A DNA stretch of 64,000 bases from Heterodontus francisci (Eukaryota), in NCBI RefSeq assembly GCF_036365525.1, contig NC_090401.1:59840868-59904867 (forward strand), in the 5' to 3' direction. A model generated the notes under the pieces. The model searched no databases, had not been told where the DNA came from, and was given only the letters and a program-made list of their open reading frames with translations. Below are positions 12,615-23,464 of this stretch, piece by piece. Within the stretch, counting starts at the first letter, position 1. Each line of letters starts with the position of its first letter. The position numbers and the translations under genes are program-made.

Positions 12615-13600
12615 TGGTAACCTGGGCCTCCACCTTTTACAATTTATATCAATGACTTAGCTGAGGGGAGCAATGGCATGGTAACCAAATTTGCAGATGA
12701 CACAAAGATAGGTAGAAAAGTATGTTGTGAAGAGGACATAAGGAGGTTGCAGACCGATATAGATAGCTTGAGTGTGTGGGCAAATATCCATAGTTTATCT
12801 GTCAATGTGGGAAAATGTGAAGTTGTTCACTTTGGCAGGAAGAATGAAAAAGCAGAGTATTACTTAAATGGAGAATGACTGCAGAATTCCGAGCTGCAGA
12901 GGGATCTAGGTGTTCTAGTGCATGAGTCACAAAATGTTAGTACGCAGGTGCTAATGGAATGCTATCCTTTATTACGAGAGGAATTGAAAATAAAAGTAAG
13001 GATGTTATGTTTCAGTTATACAGGGCGTTGGTGAGCCCACATCTCGAATACTGTGGGAAGTTTTGGGCTCCTTATTTAAAGAAGGATGTAAATGCGTTGG
13101 AGGCGGTTCAGAGGAGGTTTACTAGATTAATACCTGGAATGAGCGGGTTGTCTTGTGAGGAAAGGTTGGACAGACTGGGCTTATGTTCACTGGAGTTTAG
13201 AAGAGTGAGAGGAGACTTGATTGTCATTTATAAGATCCTGAACGGTCTTGACAAGGTGGATGTGGAAAGGATGTGTCCTCTTGTGGGTGAGTCCAGAACT
13301 AGGGGGCACTTTTGAAAAACCAGGGGTCACCCTTTTAGGACAGAGATGAGGAGAAACATTTTCTCTGAGGGTTGTGTGACTTTGGAACTCTCTGCCTCAG
13401 AAGATGGTGGAGGTGGGCTCATTGAATATTTTTAAGGCGGGGGTAGATAGATTCTTGTTTTGCAAGGGAATCAAAGATTATCGGGGGTAGATGGGAGTGT
13501 GAAATTCGAGACAGAAATGATCAGCCATGATCTTATTGAATAGCGGAGCAGGCTCAAGGGGCCAAATGGCCTACTTTTGCTCTTAATTCATATGGTCGTA
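12615..13600 (+). mobile_element. 5'-truncated degenerate CR1 LINE
   Basis: KFADDTK, PHLEYC, EAVQRRFTRLIPG; CR1 3'UTR. Confidence 0.9.
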
Positions 13601-14934
13601 ATTGATGGACAAAATAACTTTGCTGCCTTCTTAAGAAGAGAACTGTTGCAGTGGCTGAGTCAGACAAGCAATGCAAGGATTATTGACTAAGATATCAATC
13701 GAGAACATCCCATTTTGTAAATGTAATTAGATTAAAATTTGTAGTTAGTTGAGTTGCAGGACTCGATTTTTACAGAAAGGTGGTTTGAAATCAAAGACAT
13801 AATATCTGACCCTGGCTAGTAATGGTGTGATTCTTACACATCACCGACCACTTCCTCCCAGAAATTTCAAAACACCTTCAATTATCCTGCATTGTCTTTA
13901 AAAAGGAAACCATGTATTGTGGAAACAAATCAATACTTAAACGAACTGAGTAAAACACAGTAGTACCAGGTTTGACAAATATCACATGTGACAATGACTC
14001 TCATTGACTTGAGATAAATTTCAAGTTTAATGTACCACTGAATTAGTTTAACATAGAGGGCTTCCAAACAATTAATTAAATGTCAAATATATTAATCGAC
14101 ATAATTTAACATAGGCATTGAAAGCACCAATTTATGAATGCATGCCAAGTGAATACATTTTACACTCAACAGAAGAGAAGAGAATAATCTACCACTGCAA
14201 ATAGTACACAGCATTAGAAAACAGGCTCTTGCCTTTAATATCACAATGGATTTGAGGTCATTATGTACAGATGATTCATTTTTGAATGCTAAACCAATTT
14301 GCAGTGAGTAGTACCACTTCAGTAGATTCTCATATTATTTCTTGGGAAAAAAGGAGTAATCAGTCGAAACACCACCTAAAAACTATATTGTGCAATGGAT
14401 AAACAACATGTGGGGGGGGGGGGGGGGGGGTGTATGTACATGTGCCTATCGGAGAGGAGGTGTTTTATATTAAATCAACATACTTACAGATTTTTAATGC
14501 ACTGCAAGTATACGACTGCCTAAACTGGCCTCCCAACTTTGCTATGCACTTCCTTGTTTCACTCTCTTCCCCACAAACTGAAAATTGAAATCTTTCTGTT
14601 TCTATTAAAGTTATACAAATATTCTTTAGACTGTTGTTTAAGATTTCATCACAAACAGCAAACAAAGCAAATGTTCTTCCCCACCCCTGACTCCACCTTT
14701 GGGACTCTATGCTTCACAAGGACTTTAAATTAGTAAATGATGGGAAAAGCAATATATATAATACTTCTAAAAAAACCAAAAGGGAAGAAAATAGAATAAT
14801 AGTCAGGAATTGTGCTTTAGGCACAACAAGTAAAGCGAAAACAAAAAATGTAAAGTAATTAAACTAGGAGAGAGAAATAAGAAACATGTGGGTAAAACAT
14901 TCAAGCAGAAGGACAGGTTAAGTTGTGTGGCCCA

Positions 14935-15012
14935 AACAAGTGTTCTTGATACAAACACAGAGCGTATAAGGAACGAACTGAATGAACTGCAGCTGCAAAT
15001 TCAACTTAGAGG
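14935..15012 (+). mobile_element. Old CR1 ORF2 N-terminal remnant (apparent ERV integration target)
   Basis: Translates VLDTNTERIRNELNELQLQIQLRG, resembling the CR1 CLYxNARSIRNKxxEL motif. Confidence 0.55.
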
Positions 15013-15466
15013 TGTAGGGGAGACTGGCATAGGGAACCATGGGATACTTGGTGTAAATTAGGACCCTGTAACTTGAGAAAGCTTGCCTGCTAGACACATG
15101 AATTATGTGAATACCTAATCAGAAGGTAACAAGCTCAGGAGGGAGACACCTGAATCCTATGAATAGCCTAAGAATCCTATGAATCGGGTAATCAAAAGTT
15201 GACGAGGTAAATAATATAACCAAGGCAGGATGAAATCAGGGAAGACAATAGATAGGAGATGATGTAATTAAGAAACAGTTTATCAAGTAAACCTCCTGCA
15301 AAACTGTAGAAAATGATCACCGGAACAATGTACTAGCAGAACCCCTACAATCATTTGTGAGTGTAGGACTTCTCCTTGCATGCTCGTAAATAGAGATCAC
15401 TCATTTGTACAAGACATCCGACTCTCGAGGTGTTTTTGGGTACTGGGGAAAGCCCTCACCCTTACA
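15013..15466 (+). repeat. 5' LTR (454 bp)
   Basis: TGTAGGGG...CCCTTACA termini; about 89% identical by manual count to 22875-23276. Confidence 0.9.
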
Positions 15467-15468
15467 TT

Positions 15469-15486
15469 TGGCGTAGTCAGCAGGAT
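15469..15486 (+). other. Primer-binding site, tRNA-Ser
   Basis: TGGCGTAGTCAGCAGGAT is complementary to the vertebrate tRNA-Ser 3' end ATCCTGC(C/T)GACTACGCCA and lies 2 nt after the LTR. Confidence 0.88.
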
Positions 15487-15912
15487 ACACCACATTGGCA
15501 CCACGACAGTGAGGAGACCAATCAAGGGGTGAGTACCTTTCATTTTACCATCCATAGTTAGAAAAGGTCTACCTCACAGTCGCGGGACTGGTACTTTAAG
15601 TGTGTATCAAAGAACCAACGCCTGGAGACTCGAATGCCAAGCGATCAAAGAGCGTGCCAGGGTAGTAGGTCACCATTTGAGAGAGCCGGGCAAAGAGCAG
15701 CGCTGAGAAAGCTGCAGCACAGAGCCACATAGTAGGTGAAGCCACGTAGCGGATTTAGAAGTATCGTGAAGGCCATTATCACGCAGGAGACTGTGCTGAG
15801 AGAGACCGCAAAGCACACCTTCACAAGAGGTCGAGCTGCGCAGGGGATTTAAAGGATATCCCATATGTTAATAGCACTCGAGCAGACCACACCCTGACAG
15901 AATGACCAATAC

Positions 15913-16110
15913 CGGGTGCTCTGGTTTCCTCCTACAGCCAAAGACTTGCAGGTTGATAGGTAAATTATCCATTGTAAATTGACCCTAGTGTAGGTAGGTG
16001 GTAGGGAATACGGGATTACTGTTGGGTTAGTATAAATGGGTGGTTGTTGGTCGGCACAGACTCGGTGGGCCGAAGGGCCTGTTTCAGTGCTGTATCTCTA
16101 AATAAATAAA
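15913..16110 (+). mobile_element. 5'-truncated HE1-like V-SINE inside the ERV leader
   Basis: 3' half of the SINE with a (TAAA)n tail. Confidence 0.9.
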
Positions 16111-16401
16111 TTACATGGGAAATACCCAGTAGTCTAAAGTGCTGTTGAAAGGACAAAAGAAGAAAAACTTGTGTGTGTGGATTTATTTATTTTGTTTGGG
16201 CACATGATGTTTGTGTGCTTGAATTTGTGATTTTCAGTGCAATGTTAAAATTGAGACATACTGGCACAAACTATTGGCAACTGGGGATGAAGCTCCAGTT
16301 TGTTTTCCAAATATAAAGATAAGTCCGGAGCCTTGCAAAAGTCCAGCAAAAACTCAGTTTTAGCCTTTCAAACACTTGCGGCAAGTTAAAGAGGAATTCA
16401 A

Positions 16402-16641
16402 ATGTGGTTAAGTAAGGAACATCAGAACTTGGAAGTTAGTCTAAAGGACAGGAAAAAGTTGCCCAGAGTCGGGGATCAAGTGATTGTTCGAGTCCTACTT
16501 GCAAAACCAGGCTTAGCATCTTGCTGGCTAGGATCTTACGAAGTCCTGATGACCAGCAACACTTGTACATGTGGATATGGAAGGGAAAGGCCAGTGGAAA
16601 CACTGGACACAGATCAAGGAGAATGGAAATGCAAAGAATAA
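16402..16641 (+). pseudogene. Retroviral integrase C-terminal (GPY/F-like) remnant
   Basis: PRVGDQVIVR...WLGSYEVLMTSNT, then GKGQWKHWTQIK in a shifted frame, matching the GDxVLV...WxGPYxVLLTT...WxH pattern. Confidence 0.7.
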
Positions 16642-16793
16642 TTAGGACTAATTAGTGATGACCGGCTTCTGCTATGTTCTCTCTTTACAGGACCATGAAA
16701 ACCACAGTAAACAAAGAACAAAGAACAAAGAAAATTACAGCACAGGAACAGGCCCTTCGGCCCTCCAAGCCTGCGCCGATCCACATCCTCAAT

Positions 16794-19751
16794 CTAAACA
16801 TGTCGACTATTTTCTAAGGGTCTGTATCTCTTTTCTTCCTGCCCATTCATGTATCTGTCTAGATACATCTTAAAAGACGCCATCGTGCCCGCATCTACCA
16901 CCTCCGCTGGCAACGCGTTCCAGGCACCCACCACCCTCTGCATAAAGAACTTTCCACGCATATCCCCCCTAAACTTTTCCCCTTTCACTTTGAACTCGTG
17001 TCCTCTAGTAATTGAATCCCCCACTCTGGGAAAAAGCCTCTTGCGATCCACCCTGTCTATACCTCTCATGATTTTGTACACCTCAATCAGGTCCCCCCTC
17101 AACCTCCGTCTTTCTAATGAAAATAATCCTAATCTACTCAACCTCTCTTCATAGCTAGTGCCCTCCATACCAGGCAACATCCTGGTGAACCTCCTCTGCA
17201 CCCTCTCCAAAGCATCCACATCCTTTTGGTAATGTGGCGACCAGAACTGCACGCAGTATTCCAAATGTGGCCGAACCAAAGTCCTATACAACTGTAACAT
17301 GACCTGCCAACTCTTGTACTCAATACCCCGTCCGATGAAGGAAAGCATGCCGTATGCCTTCTTGACCACTCTATTTACCTGCGTTGCCACCTTCAGGGAA
17401 CAGTGGACCTGAACACCCAAATCTCTCTGTACATCAATTTTCCCCAGGACTTTTCCATTTACTGTATAGTTCACTCTTGAATTGGATCTTCCAAAATGCA
17501 TCACCTCACATTTGCCCTGATTGAACTCCATCTGCCATTTCTCTGCCCAACTCTCCAATCTATCTATATTCTGCTGTATTCTCTGACAGTCCCCTTCACT
17601 ATCTGCTACTCCACCAATCTTAGTGTCGTCTGCAAACTTGCTAATCAGTCCACCTATACTTTCCTCCAAATCATTAATGTATATCACAAACAACAGTGGT
17701 CCCAGCACGGATCCCTGTGGAACACCACTGGTCACACGTCTCCATTTTGAGAAACTCCCCTCTACTGCTACTCTCTGTCTCCTGTTGCCCAGCCAGTTCT
17801 TTATCCATCTAGCTAGTACACCTTGGACCCCATGCGCATTCACTTTCTCCATCAGCCTGCCATGGGGAACCTTATCAAACGCCTTACTGAAGTCCATGTA
17901 TATGACATCGACAGCCCTTCCCTCATCAATCAACTTTGTCACTTCCTCAAAGAATTCTATTAAGTTGGTAAGACATGACCTTCCCTGCACAAAACCATGT
18001 TGCCTATCACTGATAAGCCCATTTTCTTCCAAATGGGAATAGATCCTATCCCTCAGTATCTTCTCCAGCAGCTTCCCTACCACTGACGTCAGGCTCACCG
18101 GTCTATAATTACCTGGATTATCCCTGCTACCCTTCTTAAACAAGGGGACAACATTAGCAATTCTCCAGTCCTCCGGGACCTCACCCGTGTTTAAGGATGC
18201 TGCAAAGATATCTGTTAAGGCCCCAGCTATTTCCTCTCTCGCTTCCCTCAGTAACCTGGGATAGATCCCATCCGGACCTGGGGACTTGTCCACCTTAATG
18301 CCCTTTAGAATACCCAACACTTCCTCCCTCCTTCTGCCGACTTGACCTAGAGTAATCAAACATCTGTTCCTAACCTCAACATCCGTCATGTCCCTCTCCT
18401 CGGTGAATACCGATGCAAAGTACTCGTTTAGAATCTCACCCATTTTCTCTGAGTCCAAGCATAACATTCCTCCTTTGTCCTTTAGTGGGCCAATCCTTTC
18501 TCTAGTTACCCTCTTTCTCCTTATATATGAATAAAAGGCTTTGGGATTTTCTTTAACCCTGTTTGCTAAAGATATTTCATGACCCCTTTTAGCGCTCTTA
18601 ATTCCTCGTTTCAGATTGGTCCTACATTCCCGATATTCTTTCAAAGCTTCGTCTTTCATCAGCCGCCTAGACCTTATGTATGCTTCCTTTTTCCTCTTAG
18701 CTAGTCTCACAATTTCACCTGTCATCCATGGTTCCCTAATCTTGCCATTTCTATCCCTCATTTTCACAGGAACATGTCTCTCCTGCACGCTAATCAACCT
18801 CTCTTTAAAAGCCTCCCACATATCACATGTGGATTTACCTTCAAACAGCTGCTCCCAATCTACATTCCCCAGCTCCTGCCGAATTTTGGTATAGTTGGCC
18901 TTCCCCCAATTTAGCACTCTTCCTTTAGGACCACTCTCGTCTTTGTCCATGAGTATTTTAAAGCTTACGGAATTGTGATCACTATTCCCAAAGTAGTCCC
19001 CTACTGAAACTTCAAACACCTGGCCGGGCTCATTCCCCAACACCAGGTCCAGTATGGCCCCTTCCCGAGTTGGACTATTTACATACTGCTCTAGAAAACC
19101 CTCCTGGATGCTCCTTACAAATTCTGCTCCATCTAGACCTCTAACACTAAGTGAATCCCAGTCAATGTTGGGAAAATTAAAATCTCCTATCACCACCACC
19201 CTGTTGCTCCTACATCTTTCCATAATCTGTTTACATATTTGTACCTCTATCTCACGCTCGCTGTTGGGAGGTCTGTAGTACAGCCCCAACATTGTTACCG
19301 CACCCTTCCTATTTCTGAGTTCTGTCCATATTGCCTCACTGCTCGAGTCCTCCATAGTGCCCTCCTTCAGCACAGCTGTGATATCCTCTTTGACCAGTAA
19401 TGCAACTCCTCCACCCCTTTTACCTCCCTCTCTATCCCGCCTGAAGCATCGATATCCTGGGATATTTAGTTGCCAATCATGCCCTTCCCTCAACCAAGTC
19501 TCAGTAATAGCAATAACATCATACTCCCAGGTACTAATCCAAGCCCTAAGTTCATCTGCCTTACCTACTACACTTCTTGCATTAAAACAAATGCACCTCA
19601 GACCACCAGTCCCTTTACATTCATCATCTGCTCCCTGCCTGCTCTTCCCCTTAGTCACACTGACTTCATTATCTAGTTCCTTACAGGCTTTTGTTACTAC
19701 CTCCTTACTGTCAACTGACCTCCTCAATTGGTTCCCATCCCCCTGCCACAT
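16794..19751 (-). CDS. CR1 ORF2p: APE endonuclease + reverse transcriptase (985 aa)
   Basis: NARS, TETW, GDFN, SDH; NYRPVSLT, QHGF, DFSKAFD, PQGSVLGP, FADD; no stop codons. Confidence 0.96.
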   Translation of the reverse strand: MWQGDGNQLRRSVDSKEVVTKACKELDNEVSVTKGKSRQGADDECKGTGGLRCICFNARSVVGKADELRAWISTWEYDVIAITETWLREGHDWQLNIPGYRCFRRDREGGKRGGGVALLVKEDITAVLKEGTMEDSSSEAIWTELRNRKGAVTMLGLYYRPPNSEREIEVQICKQIMERCRSNRVVVIGDFNFPNIDWDSLSVRGLDGAEFVRSIQEGFLEQYVNSPTREGAILDLVLGNEPGQVFEVSVGDYFGNSDHNSVSFKILMDKDESGPKGRVLNWGKANYTKIRQELGNVDWEQLFEGKSTCDMWEAFKERLISVQERHVPVKMRDRNGKIREPWMTGEIVRLAKRKKEAYIRSRRLMKDEALKEYRECRTNLKRGIKSAKRGHEISLANRVKENPKAFYSYIRRKRVTRERIGPLKDKGGMLCLDSEKMGEILNEYFASVFTEERDMTDVEVRNRCLITLGQVGRRREEVLGILKGIKVDKSPGPDGIYPRLLREAREEIAGALTDIFAASLNTGEVPEDWRIANVVPLFKKGSRDNPGNYRPVSLTSVVGKLLEKILRDRIYSHLEENGLISDRQHGFVQGRSCLTNLIEFFEEVTKLIDEGRAVDVIYMDFSKAFDKVPHGRLMEKVNAHGVQGVLARWIKNWLGNRRQRVAVEGSFSKWRRVTSGVPQGSVLGPLLFVIYINDLEESIGGLISKFADDTKIGGVADSEGDCQRIQQNIDRLESWAEKWQMEFNQGKCEVMHFGRSNSRVNYTVNGKVLGKIDVQRDLGVQVHCSLKVATQVNRVVKKAYGMLSFIGRGIEYKSWQVMLQLYRTLVRPHLEYCVQFWSPHYQKDVDALERVQRRFTRMLPGMEGTSYEERLSRLGLFSLERRRLRGDLIEVYKIMRGIDRVDRKRLFPRVGDSITRGHEFKVKGEKFRGDMRGKFFMQRVVGAWNALPAEVVDAGTMASFKMYLDRYMNGQEEKRYRPLENSRHV

Positions 19752-20698
19752 TAGTTTAAACCCTCCCCAACAGCGTTAGCAAAAGCACCCCCAAGGACAT
19801 TGGTTCCAGTCCGGCCCAGGTGTAGACCGTCCAATTTGTAATAGTCCCACCTCCCCCAGAACCGGTCCCAATGTCCCAAAAATCTGAACCCCTCCTTCCT
19901 GCACCATCTCTCAAGCCACGCATTCATCCTGACTATTTTTTCATTTTTCCTATGACTATCACGTGGCACTGGTAGTAATCCTGAGATTACTACCTCTGAG
20001 GTCCTACTTTTTAACTTGGCTCCTAACTCCCTAAACTCTGCTTGTAGGACCTCATCCCGTTTTTTACCTATATCATTGGTGCCTATGTGCACAACGACAA
20101 CTGGCTGTTCACCCTCCCCCTTTAGAATGTTCTGCAGCCGATCTGAGACATCCCTGACCCGTGCACCTGGGAGGCAACATACCATTCGGGAGTCTCGTTT
20201 TCGACCACAGAACCGCCTATCTACTCCCCTTACAATCGAATCCCCTATGACTATAGCCCCTCCACTCTTTTTCCCACCCTTCTGAACAGCAGAGCCAGCC
20301 ACGGTGCCATGAACCTGGCTACAGCTGCCTTCCCCTGGTGAGCCATCTCCCTCAACAGTATCCAAAACGGTATACTTGTTTTGGAGGGAGATGACCGCAG
20401 GGGACTCCTGCGCCGCCTTCCTGCTCTTTCTCTGCCTTTTGGTCACCCATTCCCTTTCTCCCTCAGCAATCCTAATCTGCGGTGTGACCAATTCACTAAA
20501 CGTGCTATCCACGACCTCCTCAGCATCGCGCATGCTCCAAAGTGAGTCCATCCGCAGCTCGAGAGCCGTCATGCGGTCTAACAAGAGCTGCAGTTGGACA
20601 CACTTCCTGCACGTGAAGGAGTCAGGGACATCAGCCATGTCCCTGAGCTCCCACATTGAGCAAGAGGAGCATGACACGGGTCTGAGATCTCCTGCCAT
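19751..20698 (-). CDS. CR1 ORF1p: zinc finger, coiled coil and SGNH esterase domain (315 aa from MAGDL)
   Basis: CSSC...CRKC; GDS, PGA, GTND and DGLH motifs; uninterrupted ORF. Confidence 0.92.
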   Translation of the reverse strand: MAGDLRPVSCSSCSMWELRDMADVPDSFTCRKCVQLQLLLDRMTALELRMDSLWSMRDAEEVVDSTFSELVTPQIRIAEGEREWVTKRQRKSRKAAQESPAVISLQNKYTVLDTVEGDGSPGEGSCSQVHGTVAGSAVQKGGKKSGGAIVIGDSIVRGVDRRFCGRKRDSRMVCCLPGARVRDVSDRLQNILKGEGEQPVVVVHIGTNDIGKKRDEVLQAEFRELGAKLKSRTSEVVISGLLPVPRDSHRKNEKIVRMNAWLERWCRKEGFRFLGHWDRFWGRWDYYKLDGLHLGRTGTNVLGGAFANAVGEGLN

Positions 20699-20966
20699 TT
20701 TTAATCTTAAGCTTAACTCAGTTAAATGAAAAAGGAACGAAAAGTTTTTACCAATCACGATAAAACCAGAGAAATAGAAAAAGCCTTACCTTATATACAC
20801 CCCACCGAGTCCTTTTTTTTGGTTAGAGGAGGAGGGCGGGTGGGAGACACTACAAGTGTGGTGTCTCGGGTTCAGAAACCGCCCAAATATATAGTGTTTT
20901 ACTTACCCAGCAGCCCCCTGGCCTCCGCCGAGAACAAAAGGAAATTAAGTTTACTTTCAAACTGAC

Positions 20967-21052
20967 CTTCCCAGCTGCTCACTCGCTCGCACTCTGCTCT
21001 GGAAAAAGCTTCCCAGCTGCTCACTCGCTCGCACTCTGCTCCCAAAAAAGCT
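20967..21052 (-). repeat. Tandem repeat (2 copies, about 43 bp) in the CR1 5'UTR
   Basis: CTTCCCAGCTGCTCACTCGCTCGCACTCTGCTC occurs twice. Confidence 0.85.
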
Positions 21053-22874
21053 GCTGCTGGAATGTCTGGCAACCACCAGCACGGAAAGAACCAAGTCGGT
21101 TGACTGGGAGACCCAACATGGCCTGTTCTATAAGAACTTGAGCAATGCCAATTGCAATCGGGCTCGTGGAACATTAAGTGTAACGGTTAACAAACTAGTC
21201 TGCCTAAGGAGTAGCTCGGGGCAGTTGGGAATGGGGAACAGCAGTGCCTGAAGTTGCAAAGCATGGAAATGAAGGTTCCCGTTATACTTAAAGCAGTCAT
21301 GCATAAATCTAGCATATCACCCACTGTAGTTCTAACTTTATAACCCCTATTCTATCTGTGTGCAGTTTCTTGTTGGATTAAGTTCTATTCAAGTTATTTG
21401 TTATTAAATTGTCTAATCAACGTGAATGTTGACTGTTGGGTCCCATTTTGGGTAATCTGTTCATTATTTGTATCCTGAATGAGAGAGGTTGTTAGACTCC
21501 ATTAAGTGTACATGAGCACATTGGCTCACTTCATGGCTGAACTGCACAGCCAGATTCACTGATCAATTGTAACTCTTCATTTAAAAAATTGAATTGCTAG
21601 AATAATTGTGTAGAGCCAGTCGGTATTTATTAATGAATTATGGCTGTTAGCTATAATGAGTTTGCTGACTTCTAAATCATATTGAGCAAAGCAATGTTTA
21701 AATGGAATTTTAAGTTATATTTAAATTTAACCAACATGCTGGCAAAACACTAAAGAATGCGGGGTGGAGAACACAGGGATCATGGGAGATAGCAATTGGC
21801 CAAAGTACAACCTCGTACCCAAATACGCAACCCAGAGAGATTCCCTCCTTACGGGATCTCGCTGGCTGGGTGTAGGGAATAATGTTGTCTGCCTACATCC
21901 CATAGGGATAGGGACGAGAGCCTCGCATGGTTTTAATACCACCCTAAACTTTACCCTTGAAATATTCCAGTGCCTGCCATGAATCGACATAGTTGGCACA
22001 TTGTGGAGAAGGACAATGTTGTGTGACGACCAGCGAACCTTAATACCAGTACGGTAACATCCACTGCCCAGTAATCAACACGACTTTCTGCTTCCACCCC
22101 CGGGCCCCAACGACAATCAGACATTCGGCGAGAGCTCACATCCGGCCTCCCCGTAGGGAGTGGATGAGTATAACCGATGATCTAACAGAGGAATTGTTGA
22201 GATACCTGCTTCCCGAGGGGAAGCGAATCCCTAAACTGCTGGAACATCTACTGAAGGTGAGGGAAAAGGCCTAGACAGCAATGAAGCAGTATCACCGAAT
22301 CCAACAGGAGGTCAAGCAACTGGGAGAGGATGTGGTAGCCAATCTGGAGGACGTATCGTGGCGGGAGGCGGTTTGGGACTGGGGTATTAGGGTGGATGTC
22401 TACCCCTGGATTAGAACTGATTCCCATGTACTGGTAGCGGTGCAGTTGCTAATTGCTATTGGACGTATGGTTGAATGTTGTACCCAGGCACCTAAATTGA
22501 GATGTTAGACATAATTTAGAAAATGTAACCGTGCAGATCTAACCACCAGTCTGGCCAACAGTGATGGAGCAAGGAGCACTTAGTGTTAGTTGGCCATCTT
22601 GCTAGTAGCCTAGGGCCAAAAGGGGGACTGAAGAGGAGTACCCAGGGAGTACTGCAGGCTTGACTAAAATTGCAGTAATTTATGTAGCACAATACAAAGT
22701 ATCAATCCCAGACTAAGCCTAGTCACTTGGACACAGGTGAGGTCATAAGAGGATGCTAGGGAAGGATCCGAAGCTCATCGAAGCCCATAGGATCCCAGAT
22801 TATTCGCCGGGCAGCGGATCCTAGGGTAATGACTACCTTGGGTCACGTGCTGGCCAAGGACCAAAAGGGGGTTC

Positions 22875-23276
22875 TATAGGGGAGACTGGCATAGGGAACC
22901 ATGGGATACTTGGCATAACTTAGGCCCCTGTAACTTGAGAAAGATTGCCTCCTAGATATCCAAATTATATGAATACCTAATCAGAAGGAAACGAGCTCAG
23001 GAGGGAGACACCTGAATCCTATGAATAGCCTAAGAATTCTTTGAATAGGGTAATCAAGAGGTTGGTGAGGTGAATAATGTAACCAAGGCAGGATGAGATC
23101 AGGGAAAGCAATAGATGGGAGATGATGTAATTAGGAAACAGTTTATCAAGTAAACCTCCTGTAAAACTGTATAAAATTACTGCTGGAACAAGGTACTAGC
23201 AGAACCCCTACAATCATTCGTGAGAGTAGAACTTCTCCGTGCATGCTCGTAAATAAAGATCGCTCATTTGTACAAG
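22875..23276 (+). repeat. 3' LTR, truncated (lacks the last about 53 bp); preceded by PPT AAAAGGGGG
   Basis: Aligns to 15013-15413; contains AATAAA; homology stops at TGTACAAG. Confidence 0.9.
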
Positions 23277-23464
23277 CAGGTATGATAGCAACATTTAAGA
23301 GGCATCTTGACAAATACATGAATAGGATGGGAATAGAGGGATACGGTCCCCGGAAGTGCAGAAGGTGTTAGTTTCGGCAGGCATCAAGATCGGCGCGGGC
23401 TTGGAAGGCCGAATGGCCTGTTCCTGTGCTGTACTGTTCTTTGTTCTTTGTTCTTTGTTCTTTG
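23277..23464 (+). mobile_element. Short CR1 3'-end insertion with (TTCTTTG)n tail
   Basis: Near-identical to 58835-59010. Confidence 0.88.

Larger units (their letters stand above)
16710..21051 (-). mobile_element. Full-length CR1 LINE with both ORFs intact
   Basis: 5'UTR with tandem repeat, ORF1, ORF2, 3' stem GGCCGAAGGGCC and (TTCTTTG)n tail. Confidence 0.97.
16695..22508 (+). pseudogene. env-like glycoprotein gene remnant, split by the CR1 (about 16710-21051) and an AT-rich insert (21293-21713)
   Basis: Acceptor TTCTCTCTTTACAG (ends 16690) then ATG at 16695. Signal-like MKTTV/LLLECLATTS, N-glycosylation sequons (NLS, NTT, NFT), heptad-like segment, then VSWREAVWDWG...VLVAVQLLIAIG before the PPT. 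Confidence 0.55.
15013..23276 (+). mobile_element. Endogenous retrovirus-like provirus, internally deleted (LTR-PBS-leader-IN C-terminus-env-like-PPT-LTR), carrying nested SINE and CR1 insertions
   Basis: Paired LTRs, tRNA-Ser PBS, splice donor and acceptor, integrase GPY/F-like remnant, Trp-rich plus hydrophobic env-like end, PPT. Confidence 0.85.

Noticed and set aside
14411-14430. Poly-G run
   Set aside because: Simple homopolymer with no supporting context.
15487-16400. Possible gag remnant in the ERV leader
   Set aside because: No continuous ORF, major homology region or zinc knuckle recognisable by eye.
16849-20729. Several plus-strand ORFs antisense to CR1
   Set aside because: Shadow ORFs of the CR1 coding strand.
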